Below, in pieces: positions 1 to 13,183 of a stretch of 64,000 bases of DNA. Below the pieces are notes generated by a model. The model saw nothing but the letters and a program-made list of their open reading frames with translations, ran no database searches and was not told the DNA's origin. Source of the DNA: Eledone cirrhosa (Eukaryota); assembly GCA_964016885.1 (NCBI GenBank), contig OZ024749.1:43648001-43712000 (forward strand), read 5' to 3'. Position 1 is the stretch's first letter; the number at the start of each line of letters is the position of its first letter. The position numbers and the translations under genes are program-made.

Positions 1-182
1 TTGAACGGTGTATCCAGTCTATAAAACTAACAGGCTTTTCTTTGAAGTCATAAACAACTGTTTATGACTTCTGCTTCAGTTTTAATTACGCAGCCAAAAA
101 TAAAAGAGAGTTAATCTTATATAAATTTCTGCGATTCTTGTCACAACCCGTAAAGAGAGAGGAGTAGTTTGACTACCTCATA

Positions 183-273
<91 letters not shown>

Positions 274-769
274 CTCTCTCTCTTTATGTCTGCTGCCTGC
301 ATGAATGTATGTGTGTGTAAAAGGGAGGAAGGAAGTGGCTGGTGAAAGTGTGAATGTATGTGTGTATTTGTGTGAACGTATATCTGTGAGTGTGTATTTT
401 TGTAAACGTGTCTGTGTTTGCACGTTTATATTTATACACTCATACATATAAATGAATACATATGCACATACACACAGGCACACACATATACACATACGCG
501 TCAGCGCCTGGACAAAAATTCTTTTTTTATATAAACATTAGTCGACAAATCCTCTTAACTATTCATCAGTTAGACTGAAAGTTAATGAAATAATTTATAC
601 ATGAGAGCGCCTGGCTTACGCCTAGGTAATCAATAAAATTGGTCTCTATTTACTCTAGAGGCGAAATGGTTTGGTGGATAATGTAGTGAGCTACAAATCC
701 ACTACAAATGTTTTCTCGTCTTACTGTAAAGAATAGCTAAACATTCGCTTGTTTTAATTTCATTAGAAT

Positions 770-896
770 TCTTAGAACGTTGATGAGAATACTTTACGGT
801 ATTCGTTCCGGCTCACTGCGTGCTGGGTTTAAATCCTACCGACATCAACTTTGCCTTTCAATAAATAAAATACCAGTCCAAAACTGGGGCAAGTTT

Positions 897-940
<44 letters not shown>

Positions 941-1050
941 TTACTCACGAGAAGAAATCGGCTGTGTTCTGGCCAGGAGAGGAATGGTTTCCGCAAACTT
1001 AAAATACCCAAGACGGTGACCCTACGACTCTATCATAATTTCATGACTCA
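770..1050 (+). mobile_element. Degraded tRNA-derived SINE with internal (CT)n and a distinct 3' tail
   Basis: Box-B-like GGGTTTAAATCC followed by CAACTTTGCCTTTCA. The tail ATCGGCTGTGTTCTGGCCAGGAGAGG...CCCTACGACTC matches the minus-strand copy at 11527-11870. Confidence 0.6.
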
Positions 1051-1732
1051 TGGGTGACGTGAATGGCTAGGTGACGAGAATAGGTACAGCATTATCACCG
1101 GTAATGCTACATGTTCGATTGTACACTACGAAACTTCCTCAACTGTAAATCCATCTTAACAAGCTTGATTCACAACTAAGTATGTGTGTGTGTGTGATTC
1201 TGACTGTGTATGCGGTTTATGTGGGCACGTGCCTGTATGTGTGTGTGTGCTTCTGACTGTGTGTGCAGTCTATGGGGGCACGTGCGTGTATCTGTGTGTG
1301 TAGGCGTATATTATGTGTTTATACATGTGCATGTGTCCATGTGAATGTGTGTGAATCTCTACGATTTATATTAACTGAAGATGTATACAGCAGTGAGTAA
1401 ACTGAAAACAATGCATTTGAACAAAAATATATTTTATATAGTCTAGTTACTTGGAGAATCCCGAGTGTCACTTCTCCATCAGCAATGCAATGAACCATGT
1501 GATTGGTCCGTTGGAAACGCAGAAACAATGACACAATTGTTCACTAAATGACATGTTAAATACATTATAAAACAATAGACAATGTCAAATAGACGCTTGT
1601 ATTTTCTCGTTTTTGACAAGCCACGGAGTTTCAGAGTTTTCTGATATAGAGTTCTGGGTGACCACTGCCTTGTCAGTGTGATTTAGTAGACGAACACTTG
1701 GCAGAAGATCATCCAACACGCACACGCACGCG

Positions 1733-1771
<39 letters not shown>

Positions 1772-1806
1772 ACGCGCACGCACGCACACTCACGCGCGCA
1801 CGCACG

Positions 1807-1870
<64 letters not shown>

Positions 1871-1871
<1 letters not shown>

Positions 1872-1928
1872 GAACCAGTAAGACCCCGACAGCTGAGCTC
1901 AAGCCGTTTCGACGGCTAATTCTGGACT
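1871..1928 (-). mobile_element. Fragment of TA-flanked PLE-like family B (3' half of hammerhead)
   Basis: GACCCCGACAGCTGAGCTCAAGCCGTTTCGACGGCTAATTCTGGACT matches copies at 12703, 21665, 24381 and 60601; flanked by (TA)n. Confidence 0.65.
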
Positions 1929-1961
1929 ATATATATATATAGACTTAATATATATATATAT

Positions 1962-2262
1962 ATTAAAATAACAGATTAAAGTTTAAGCAAAGAATCGCTT
2001 CTTTCACCTTTAACGGAATCTTCTGAAATAATAGACAATATATATAGTAATAATAATAAATGTGAAGACTAAAATCCAAAGAGGGCTCGATAAGGATAAA
2101 TATATATCAAATATATAAGAACCCTAGAGCAAATATTTATTAAAATAACAGATTAAAGTTTAAGCAAAGAATCATTGCTTTCACCCTTAACGGGATCTTC
2201 TGAGTTTCAGAAGATCCCGTTAAGGGTGAAAGCAGCGATTCTTTGCTTAAACTTTAATCTGT

Positions 2263-2268
<6 letters not shown>
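1962..2268. mobile_element. TA-flanked element with a direct duplication and a fold-back inverted repeat; degenerate HHR-like core
   Basis: TAAAATAACAGATTAAAGTTTAAGCAAAGAATC occurs at about 1963 and 2141, then inverted at about 2236-2268. The right arm reads CAGAAGA-TCCCGTTAAGGGT-GAAA. Related pieces lie at 5608-5646 and 39338-39385. Confidence 0.6.
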
Positions 2269-2333
<65 letters not shown>

Positions 2334-2464
2334 GAGGTTATATTTAATTTGTTGGGATTCAACAAGCTTAAACATTTTTATAACTGATTTTTATAACTGA
2401 TTTTATAACCGTTGGGGTTGTCTTTTTTCCGGGTATGTCAATATTTATTTACAAAACAAATCTG

Positions 2465-2530
2465 TATTTTATCTGATGAAAGCGCACCATAATTTACTTT
2501 GGTCGCCCTTGAAATATATATAATAAAATA
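2465..2530 (+). ncRNA. Minimal type I hammerhead ribozyme motif (family A)
   Basis: TATTTTAT-CTGATGA-AAGCGCACCA..TGGTCGCCCTT-GAAA-TATATA-TA-ATAAAATA: stem I is a perfect 8 bp, the core is intact and stem III is palindromic. Confidence 0.8.
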
Positions 2531-2605
2531 ATTATGGTTTTATAAATATAGTTTCCATTTATATATATTGTATATATATATATCCAAATATATATATATA
2601 TATAT

Positions 2606-2647
<42 letters not shown>

Positions 2648-3789
2648 ATATGTTTATTTGTGTGTATACTATTTGTGTGTATACTTATGTAGTAATATCA
2701 ATCTGTTTTGCAGATAGAATTTTGATCATAGTAAATATTATTCAAAAACAGTTAACCCATTGGTAGATTTAGCTTAAGGTTGATACTGTAACTTTATCAA
2801 ACACACAAGTTTATTCCTATTTCCGAGTTTTAAAACAACATATCGATTCTGCTTAGCGAATATTGCCGATTCTAACGTCTTTTTGTTTGCTTCTACTTCT
2901 AATCTTTACTTTGAATTCCTGAAAGTCTATATAGAGAACATAGATTATCAAATTCTTGGCTTAGTTCGACAAAATGTCAGAGGTGGAGAGAATCTTTCAA
3001 CTTTTATATCGATTTTTTTGTTGTTGTTTTGTTTTGTTTTTTTATTTGTATTTAATTACAGATGGCCGTTTATAATAACAAGCATTATATGCAATTAATT
3101 TTATCTTTGTCAACTAGCTTTTAATAAGATCTGTTATGCCCTACCATATATTTACAGTAAATACGTATCTATAAAATAAGATAATATAAAATAAAAGAAA
3201 ATAAAGAATAAAATTAAAATATAACGAAACAAAATAAAATAAAAATGAAAGCAAATATAAAATATGGAAGAAAAAAGTTTGCGTATGTAGGGTTATTTCG
3301 ATTATCTTGATTCGGATATTATATTGGAATTTTGGGGGGAAAATCTTGCCAAAAACTTCAAAAGCTCTCATTAAAGTTAAGGAAAAGGTGTTTATTAATG
3401 ATGCGCTAATATAAACGCCAAACAAGCTTAATAAATCACACAACATCAATAAAATAAGATAAAAACTCTAGTTTGCTAGTTTTCAGGCGAATGTTTTACT
3501 TACTTTCTGTTTACTTAACAAAACAACAAGATAAGTAAGAAATACGAAAGAACAGAGATGGAAGGGAAAAAAGAACAAATTTGAAATTGTAAGTGATTTA
3601 ATGTTTGTTTATGTGTCTGTTGTTAATTTAATGATTTGTTTTACAAGAATACGGCTTATATATAGAGAGAGATAGAATCATTCATTAATTTAAATTTATA
3701 GCTCCTGTAAATTAACAAGGAAATTAAAAGTTTGTGTAGAAGAGAGAGATATAGTATGTGTGTGTGTTTTCTGTATGTGAAAGCGAGTA

Positions 3790-3900
3790 TGTTAAGGTGC
3801 TGAACTCACGATCATAAGGCTCTGAGTTAGATTCCGGGGTCGGGCGATGATTGTGTCCGTCAGCAAGAGACTTTATTTCAAGTTACTACACACCATTGAC
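3790..3900 (+). mobile_element. CORE-type tRNA-derived SINE remnant
   Basis: tRNA-like head followed by TTGTGTCCGTCAGCAAGAGACTTTATTTCA; similar to copies at 31715, 51230 and 52915. Confidence 0.6.
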
Positions 3901-4943
3901 TGCCGGGGTTTTTTTTAAAAAAGGTCCTAGAAACGTTGTATGTCAATACGACGTTCCAATGACTCCTTCGGGAGATACGGGAACTTGCATGAATAGTTTT
4001 TATCAGCTGGCAAAAATGGATTGAACCTCTCTATTTTTAAGGGTTAGCTTTGTCACACATTGTATCACGTGTCTATGGAATGCTCTGTTATGTGTACGAA
4101 GGTTTGCCAAATAAGATGACAAAATGACTCATTGACAATGTAACTCTGTGGTTGTGAAGCTAATTTCTTAACCATGCAGGCATGCCTGCGTGAACTATTT
4201 CGGTTGATTGATAAGGAAAGTAGCTTGTATTAATGTTTCAACAATAAATATTTCTCAGATTACAAATGAATGAATAAATTTGAAGAGCTAAGTGTTAAGT
4301 CAAAATAATTGACTTAATCGGTTGTATTCGTTAAACTAGAAAAAGGGTGAGAAAAATTTTTATATTTAAGAATATTATTGAATTCATTTGGCTTTCCTTG
4401 GTGAGTGTTTATATATGGAAAAGAAGCAAGCTAGATGATATTAAAAACTTATGTGAGGGATTACAATAAAACAGTGTCAGAGAACTATGAGCCTATCTAA
4501 CAATGTCAGATTGAGAATATCTATAAACTTTCTGAAAGTGAGTAGAAAATGTAACATTGCTAAGAGAGGTTACGTATTTAGGTGATGTTGAGCAAATTGA
4601 AACACTTTTTAACGAAACGAAATACTTAACCATATAACCATGCCTCAGTATTTATTCGTTCATTCATTCATTTATATATATTTATCGCATATTTTTCTTT
4701 CGTTTTTCGTCTATTTTTCTTTCTTTGCAGTATATTGAGAATTGAAAAATATTTTTTTATTCATGCGAATATGTTAACACAAATTGATTAATCACTTTCT
4801 CTAATGTATTTTGTTTATTTAATAAATAAACAGGAGCTTGACAATAATTACTAGCAGAGTTACATTTATCAGCAAAGGTTAGGAAAATAAAACGAAAATT
4901 TTAACTGAGTTTGAATAAACGTTATTATTATTATAAACACACG

Positions 4944-5038
<95 letters not shown>

Positions 5039-5142
5039 GTATATGTATACATATATATGTGTGTGTGTATTTAAGCGTATATATTTGTATATATATGTAC
5101 ATGTGCAGATATATATATGTGTGTGTGTGTGTCTGTGTGTGT

Positions 5143-5190
<48 letters not shown>

Positions 5191-5649
5191 ATATATGTGT
5201 ATATATATATATACACACATATATGCACATGTACATATATACATATATACATATATATATATACACACATATCTGCATATGTACACATATATACAAACAT
5301 GCTCACACATATTTTCTCATCAGCCAAGTTATTTTTCTATCGTGTTAGAATGTCTTTCAGTTTTTGTTTTGTTTTTTTTTTGTTTTTGTTTTATGACCCC
5401 CAATACATATTTTATACGCTGCAAGAATATTTCCTTTCAAATCTTCTCAATGTTATTCTATATAACCAAGTCTTCTGAAGTAGAACTATCATTGACTCAG
5501 AAAGATAAGGTTTCGAGTCCCAGTTGTAGTCTCAATTTGAATATTGAACTCGCTTTTATACATATATACATATATTTGTGTTACGTATATATATATATAT
5601 ATATTATAAGAACAGATTAAAGTTTAAGCAAAGAATCCCTGCTTTCTAT

Positions 5650-5731
<82 letters not shown>

Positions 5732-5765
5732 AAATGAAAATCCGAAGGCAAGGTAAAATTCCAAT

Positions 5766-5851
5766 CATTTAATCACGACACATGTTTCAATAAGAGATAG
5801 ATCGATTGTGAAGCCATGATCGATTATCACTGATCTCATCAGGGGAAAATG
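5766..5851 (-). ncRNA. Hammerhead-like motif in left arm of palindrome
   Basis: Reverse complement reads CATTTTCCC-CTGATGA-GATC...TTATT-GAAA-CATGTG-TC-GTGATTAAATG; stem I is imperfect. Confidence 0.5.
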
Positions 5852-5940
5852 AATTGTCTTCAAATTCTTGATATGAGGGAGAAAAAACGATGTTCTCTCA
5901 CAGAATTCATTCCCTCATAATCAAGAATTTGAAGACAATT

Positions 5941-6026
5941 CATTTTCACCTGATGAGATCAGTGATAATCGGTCATGGCTTCACAATCGATCTATCTCTT
6001 ATTGAAACATGTGTCGTGATAAAATG
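5941..6026 (+). ncRNA. Type I hammerhead-like motif in right arm of palindrome
   Basis: CATTTTCAC-CTGATGA-(47 nt)-GAAA-CATGTG-TC-GTGATAAAATG, with a GUC cleavage triplet. Stem I pairs with a bulge; the base of stem II is weak. Confidence 0.6.
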
Positions 6027-6202
6027 ATTGGAATTTTACCTTGCCTTCGGATTTTCATGTTGATACTTATACTCCGTTTTACATCATCTAGCTGTTCCCT
6101 CGAATGGAATTGGAGATATACAAAAGCGTGGAGAACTTAATATTGCTAACATAAAGTTATTGGACCATTTTACACAACCAATAATGCACCTTACTATATA
6201 AC

Positions 6203-6249
<47 letters not shown>

Positions 6250-6310
6250 ATATATATTATATATATGCGTATATATTGTATATATATATAGTTGTGTGTG
6301 TATATATATA

Positions 6311-6379
<69 letters not shown>

Positions 6380-6386
6380 ATATATA

Positions 6387-6461
<75 letters not shown>

Positions 6462-6596
6462 ATATATATATATATATGTATGTATATATATATATATGTT
6501 TGTATATATATATATATATATGTATGTATATATATATGTTTGTATATATATATATATGTTTGTATATATATATGTTTGTATATATATATATATGTT

Positions 6597-6651
<55 letters not shown>

Positions 6652-7154
6652 TCATATATATATATATATAAGTGTGTGTGTATACATAAATTTTATATAA
6701 GTGTGTATGTATGTACACATATAATTTTTATATATACATATATATACACATAAATGTGTGTGTGTGTATAAATACATTAGAAGTAAATTTGTTTTTTGGC
6801 TTTACTTTTTCTCTAACCGTTGTTACCTTACATGAAAACATCGTAATATTTTTTTTATGGCACGAAATAAGTTTTTTTTTTACTTCTCTTCTCTTTGCTT
6901 TCGTCCAAGTTTTCGCCCCTGATCCTTGGTTAGCAGCCAATAAAATACCTATATAGACTGAGACGTGAAGAAGGCGGAGAGAAGGACATAGAATGAGAGT
7001 GGTGAGAGTGGGGAGAGAGACAGAGGGGGGGGATAGAGAGGGAAGAGATGGGAGAGACATAGGGGAAAGACAGAGTGGGAGACAAAACAACCAAAGAAGA
7101 CGAAATACAATAAAGAGTGAAGTAGAGACGTTGTATGATGTAAAAGGGAAAATA

Positions 7155-7198
7155 AAAAAACGTGTACAGACACATACACACACATATATATACATATA

Positions 7199-7280
<82 letters not shown>

Positions 7281-7321
7281 TTATATATATGTATATATAT
7301 ATATATATGTATATATTTATA

Positions 7322-7372
<51 letters not shown>

Positions 7373-7411
7373 GTATATATATATATGTGTGTGTGTATAT
7401 ATATACATTTA

Positions 7412-7476
<65 letters not shown>

Positions 7477-7615
7477 ATATATACACACATACATATATAC
7501 ACACAAACATATATATATAAGAAAAAAACGTGTACAGACACATACACACACATATATATACATATAATGTGTATATATATACATATATATATATATATGT
7601 ATATATATATTTATA

Positions 7616-7700
<85 letters not shown>

Positions 7701-7826
7701 GTATATATATATATATGTGTGTGTGTATATATATACATTTATATATGTGTGTATATATATATATATATATACATATATACACATACATATATACACACAA
7801 ACATATATATATATATATATATATAC
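7155..7826. repeat. About 370-bp tandem duplication of a compound TA/CA microsatellite block
   Basis: The anchor AAAAAACGTGTACAGACACATACACACACATATATATACATATAATGTG is present at about 7155 and 7523, followed by the same order of interruptions. Confidence 0.75.
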
Positions 7827-8124
7827 TGCTCAAAGCTGTATCTGTGTATGTCTGACAATAGATATAACTAATTAAATAATAAAAACAGAAGAAGACAAAG
7901 ACAAAACAAAAGAAGAAAGAATTATCAGGAACCATCCCAATGACTAAATGTCCCTTGCTATTGTTTTACATTTGACCTTTATGCTAATCAGATTTTCTGT
8001 CGGTTTTCCCGACGGTATAATTTGCAAAACGGAACTCGTAAATGTAGCGTTTCTTTGGGCGATTGGTCAAGAAGCTCAGAAGGAAGCCAAAATTAATGGT
8101 AATTTTTGTGGTTTGTTGTATATC

Positions 8125-8665
8125 TGTGTGTAGGTGTTGGTGTTATGTGTGGTGTGTTTACTTGTTTGTGTGGTTTTATAGAAGTCTGCGTGTGTCTGTG
8201 TGTGTTCTGGTGTGGTATAGTGTGGTATAGTGTGTGTAGGTGTTGGTGTTATGTGTGGTGTGTTTAATTGTTTGTGTGGTTTTGTAGAAGTGTGCGTGTG
8301 TCTGTGTGTGGTGTTATGGTGTGGTATAGTGTGGTATAGTGTGTGTAGGTGTTGGTGTTATGTGTGGTGTGTTTAATTGTTTGTGGTTTTGTAGAAGTGT
8401 GTGTGTGTCTGTGTGTGTTCTGGTGTGGTATAGTGTCGTATAGTGTGTGTAGGTGTTGGTGTTATGTGTGGTGTGTTTAATTGTTTGTGGTTTTGTAGAA
8501 GTGTGTGTGTGTCTGTGTGTGGTGTTATGGTGTGGTATGGTGTGGTATATCGTGTTATGGTGTGGTATGGTGTGGTATAGCGTGTTATGGTGTGGTATGG
8601 TATGGTAAAGATGGCGTGGTGTTGGTGTGATGTGATGTGGAGTGGTGTGGTATGGTCTGGTGTGT
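8125..8665. repeat. GT-rich minisatellite of about 105-120 bp units decaying into (TGTGG/TATGG)n
   Basis: GTGTAGGTGTTGGTGTTATGTGTGGTGTGTTTA recurs four times. Confidence 0.8.
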
Positions 8666-8934
8666 GATGCTTAGTTCGATAGATAGAGCAGATGTCAAGG
8701 TATATTCGAATGCAAACAGTAACTAACAAACAATACATTTAACTCGTTTCTGTCTTCGCTTTGATTGATCTTTACCCCTCACCTCGTTCTAGAAACTTCC
8801 CGTAACGTATGCTTTCATCACTAACTACTTATAAATAGGTATATATGCGGCTGTTTAAATATAAAAATGAAAAAAAGATGTGTAGCTATTAATGTTTAGC
8901 CCCAAGTCACGGCCTGCTCATGCTTATATTGACT

Positions 8935-9085
8935 TCTGATTTAGGCACAAGGCCAGAAATTTTGTTTGGATGATAGAGACAATCGATTGAATCGGTTCCA
9001 GTATTTAAATGGTGTTTTATTTTAGCCAGCCCCCGGGAGAATGAAAGAAAGTTACAATCGACGAGATTTGAACCCGAAACGCAGA
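8935..9085 (-). mobile_element. Degraded Meta-like SINE
   Basis: TAGGCACAAGGCCAG tail and GATTTGAAC (box B reverse complement). Confidence 0.65.
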
Positions 9086-9169
9086 CTGTATTGTAAAGTT
9101 TGAAATAGCTGTCACCACAATGCATACTAGTGTTATTATGATTAATATTACTACTATTATTAGTGTTAC

Positions 9170-9270
9170 TATAGAGTTACGGTCCTTTACGGTCTGAGTT
9201 CAAATCCCGCCGAGGTTAACCAGTAAAGTAATGGGGCCGATACAATCGATTTTCCACCCTTCTTCTTTCC
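9170..9270 (+). mobile_element. Internally deleted Meta-like SINE fragment
   Basis: ATAGAGTTACGGTCCTTTACGGTCTGAGTTCAAATCCCGCCGAGGTTAAC matches the family. Confidence 0.75.
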
Positions 9271-9289
9271 ACACTTAATCCTGGGAGCA

Positions 9290-9500
9290 GAGTCCTCAGA
9301 GTCCTCAGATATTCCTTCCAGTGGGTCCTGTGTCAGAAGCAACCATCTCCAACTGATCCGGCTGCATCTCCAAGCGAGACAAGCCAAGTTCTTGGATGTT
9401 ATCCAGCCATCTGGCTCGCCGTCTACCCCTGGGTCTCTTGCCGGTTGGTTTTGCCCGTAAAATCTGTCCAGCGATTTGCTCCTTTCCCCCGAACTGTTGG
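9290..9500 (-). mobile_element. RTE-clade LINE 3' end remnant
   Basis: Minus-strand translation EQIAGQILRAKPTGKRPRGRRRARWLDNIQELGLSRLEMQPDQLEMVASD shows the GKRPRGRP..RW motif of RTE C-termini; same family as 17813-18090. Confidence 0.8.
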
Positions 9501-9974
9501 CATAGTGCTAATATTAGAAAAAATTATTTTTTTAACAATGTGGTAGTTCTTCCTGCACACCGACTCACGCCAGCCCACCAATCCTAAGAATTCTTCCATA
9601 ACTTCATTTATTTTATATATTGTTATAGAATTTCAAATTAGTTATTTTTGTTCTCAAGTATGGTGTTTGTTTTCGGTTTGTTTTCGGTTTGTTTTGTGTG
9701 TGTGCTTGTACGCACGTATGCATGTGTCTGTGTGTGTGTGTGTGTGTGAATGTCGTGTATGTGCGTGTGGGCCTATATGCGTGTAGTGCGGGTGCGCCTG
9801 TGTGCATGTTGTGAGCCCGTGAAATTGTTTGTCTGTATGTATATACATATTTATGTATGTATTTGTGTATGGGCGTATGTATGCGTGTATGTGTGCATGT
9901 ATGTGTGTATGTGTGTGTATGTGTGTGTATGTGTATCCGTGTGTATATGTTTGTATGTGTATGAGTATGTGTGT

Positions 9975-10017
<43 letters not shown>

Positions 10018-10450
10018 CGTCCGTGTATGTGTGCGTATGATTTTTCATTTTCCTTTTTTTTTTTTCAAAATAGTTAATATATAAATGTGCTGTTTTTATG
10101 TCATTCACCCTCTACCCACATCTCCAAACTACACTTCTTAACAAAAGAACATGAAATTAAATATTGATTCCTAGAAAAATGTTTTGTTTTCGGAATAAAA
10201 AGAAAAAAAAATAGTTATTTTTTTTGTTTTATGCTTCCTTGTTTCACTATGAATTTCTCAAATCTTTTTTTATACTTATCTAACATATATATAGAGAAAC
10301 AAACTGTGCGACATCCACATAGATATACACATTTATAGACACAGTGTTTCACAGACAGAAATACACATACACACACTTACAAGTATGTTATATTTAAACG
10401 TATGTATGTATATACATGAAAATATATTCACACATACACACACATATGTC

Positions 10451-10523
<73 letters not shown>

Positions 10524-10583
10524 ATATGTGCATACACATATATATGTATATATAAAGTTATATCTATATAAATATATGTTCAC

Positions 10584-10624
<41 letters not shown>

Positions 10625-11135
10625 TATAAAACCAAATATATTCCAATTGATATGTATGTATACGTATGTATCTGTATGTCTCAATGAAAAGTGTGAATAT
10701 AATTTGACGTTGATTACATTGTAATATTTTGTGGAGTGTATATACATACAAATATATATATATATATATATATCCATATATATATTTATATATATACACA
10801 CCTGTTTAAATATATACACATGGCCGCGTGTGAATAAGGTATGGAATCACAAAAACTACGGAAATCATTATTTTTCCGACAGAGGAAAATGGGGCTTTTT
10901 GAATACAAACAACTAAGATGGCTGCCGTGTCGCCCCAATATGTAAGCAGTAGTTGGTGGGTTTCTTAACTTTAACAAAGGAGAGTGTTAATGTCTATAGC
11001 TATACTTGCAACTCTTCAATTAATAAAGCCTTATAGCATCGCTGTTTTACGCCTGGCCCTGGGGCAACATTGTACTCGTTATGAAGAATATATAATTTAA
11101 AAGAAAACATTATTTGTATTATATATATATATATG

Positions 11136-11207
<72 letters not shown>

Positions 11208-11526
11208 GGCAGACAGATAGATAGTTCCACGTATCGTCACATACATGTATATATATACGCTATGGTCACATGTATAAAATATTGTATTGAAAATTTTCCA
11301 TCAAATAAGATTGCCCAGAAAACGTGCTTAACAATGCTGTGTATGTGTGTCTCTGTGTGTATGTGTGTGTGTGCGTGTATGTATGTGTGCGTGTGTATGT
11401 ATGTGTGTTTGTGTGTGTTTTATTATAGCAGTGATGCTTTACCAGTTACTCGAGGGCCAGACGTTCCATACACGTCTAAGTCACTGTTGAAATACAATGA
11501 TATCTTAAGCACTTATTTCTTCTCTT

Positions 11527-11870
11527 AGTCCCGTAACTCCTGATGGAGTCGTAGGGACGCCGTATTGACACATTGACAAATTGACATATTGACATATGGC
11601 GTTGACATATGGCATTTTAAACCTGGCGGATCCCATCTCCTCTCTAGGCCTGAGCACAGCAGATTTCTTTCAGAGAAGTATAGGGAGTAAGAGAATGGGA
11701 ATGAGAAAGAGATAGAGAGAAAGAATCGACCCGACCCCAATACCAGACCTTGAACGGGTGAAAGGCAAAGTTGACCTCGGCGGGATTTTAAGTCAGGGAG
11801 CAGAAAACAGAAAAAAACCACAAAGCCCTATCTGATGTTCTAACCACTCTTTCAATTCACCGCCTTCAGC
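11527..11870 (-). mobile_element. SINE with Meta-like domain, CT-rich middle and distinct tail
   Basis: Reverse complement has AAGGCGGTGAATTG...AAATCCCGCCGAGGTCAACTTTGCCTTTCA; tail shared with 770-1050. Confidence 0.7.
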
Positions 11871-12141
11871 ACCCATAGACTCACAATTCCATGACACTAC
11901 TATTGGAGCAAAGTTGGCCAACCGCCGCAGGAGTGACCACGCGAGGTGGAGTGGCTATTTCAACGTACCCCACCCCCACCCCCTTGCTATTATCAGGCAA
12001 ACGCTTTCTCTATTCTATCCACTGGGATAATGAGACGGCTTGCGACAGAGAGCGTCCCTTCAGCCCGTCTGGGTCCGTATCATTGAGTTAGCGATGTTTG
12101 GGTACACCTTTTTGTTTTATATCTTCATCATACGGCCTCGC

Positions 12142-12179
<38 letters not shown>

Positions 12180-12374
12180 ATATATATATATATATGTGTT
12201 GTTATTTTTATTTTATCCTTTATAATCTTTCCTTCATTCTTCTACACATCTCATACACACCACGCATCTCAACGTACACCCACTTACATCTCTCTCTCCA
12301 CCACCGGATCTTGTTACCCGGAGATTTACCCATTTGCATTGTCGAGGCTTCCAAACGACTTAAAGATATTTACG

Positions 12375-12410
<36 letters not shown>

Positions 12411-12411
12411 A

Positions 12412-12455
<44 letters not shown>

Positions 12456-12702
12456 TATATGTACATGTATGTAAAAGGTAAACAGAAATAACAACACAAT
12501 CGGTACAGTATATGGAAGGGATATATTAGGTTAACGCTTGATATAGCAGGAAGAGGGTCTTAACGTTTCGGACGCCAGTCCTTCATTTAGAAGAAAGAAT
12601 GAGAAATAAGATAGATTGAGGGGACAGGTGGGTTGGAATTGGAAAAAATGTCTTGAGATAAAAGTAACAGGTCCATTCATATATATATATATATATATAT
12701 AT

Positions 12703-12884
12703 AACAAAGGTAGTGTGGTAAGGAACCAGGTGGACCATAACGCACCAGAGTACTCAATACTTAGGGTAGTAGAGTGGGTAATAGGAAACTGTTCAAGACC
12801 CCGACGGCAGAGCTCAAGCCGTTTCGATGGCTATTTCTGGACTCGAAACGGCTTGAGCTCTGCCGTCGGGGTCTTGAAAATGTT

Positions 12885-12888
<4 letters not shown>
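12703..12888. mobile_element. TA-flanked PLE-like family B copy with perfect 36-bp hairpin arms
   Basis: Arms 12792-12827 and 12843-12878. The leader GTGTGGTAAGGAACCAGGTGGACCATAACGCACCAGAGTACTCAATAC is shared with 24381 and 60601. Confidence 0.8.
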
Positions 12889-12917
<29 letters not shown>

Positions 12918-12920
<3 letters not shown>

Positions 12921-13183
12921 AAGTTTTATTTAAATTGTTGGGTTACAACGAGTAAATATTTATAACTGATATAAAAGCACTCAACAAGTATTTGGAGTAT
13001 ATTTACGATATTAAATAAATGGAAACTATATTTATAGAACCATATTTATCTATCTATTTATAAGACTGTTTATATTGTATTTTGTCTGAAGAAGGCATAA
13101 CATATTTTTAATATGATATCCCTGAAATATATATAATGAAATAAATATGGTTTTATAAATATAGTTTCCATTTATTTAATATC

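Larger units (their letters stand above)
5729..6063. repeat. About 150-bp-arm inverted repeat (PLE-like terminus) next to (TA)n
   Basis: 5729-5880 is a near-perfect reverse complement of 5911-6063, with a spacer of about 30 bp. Confidence 0.9.

Noticed and set aside
11880-12095. GC-richer unique patch, possibly a LINE or exon remnant
   Set aside because: No motif could be recognised with confidence in any frame; it needs tblastx.
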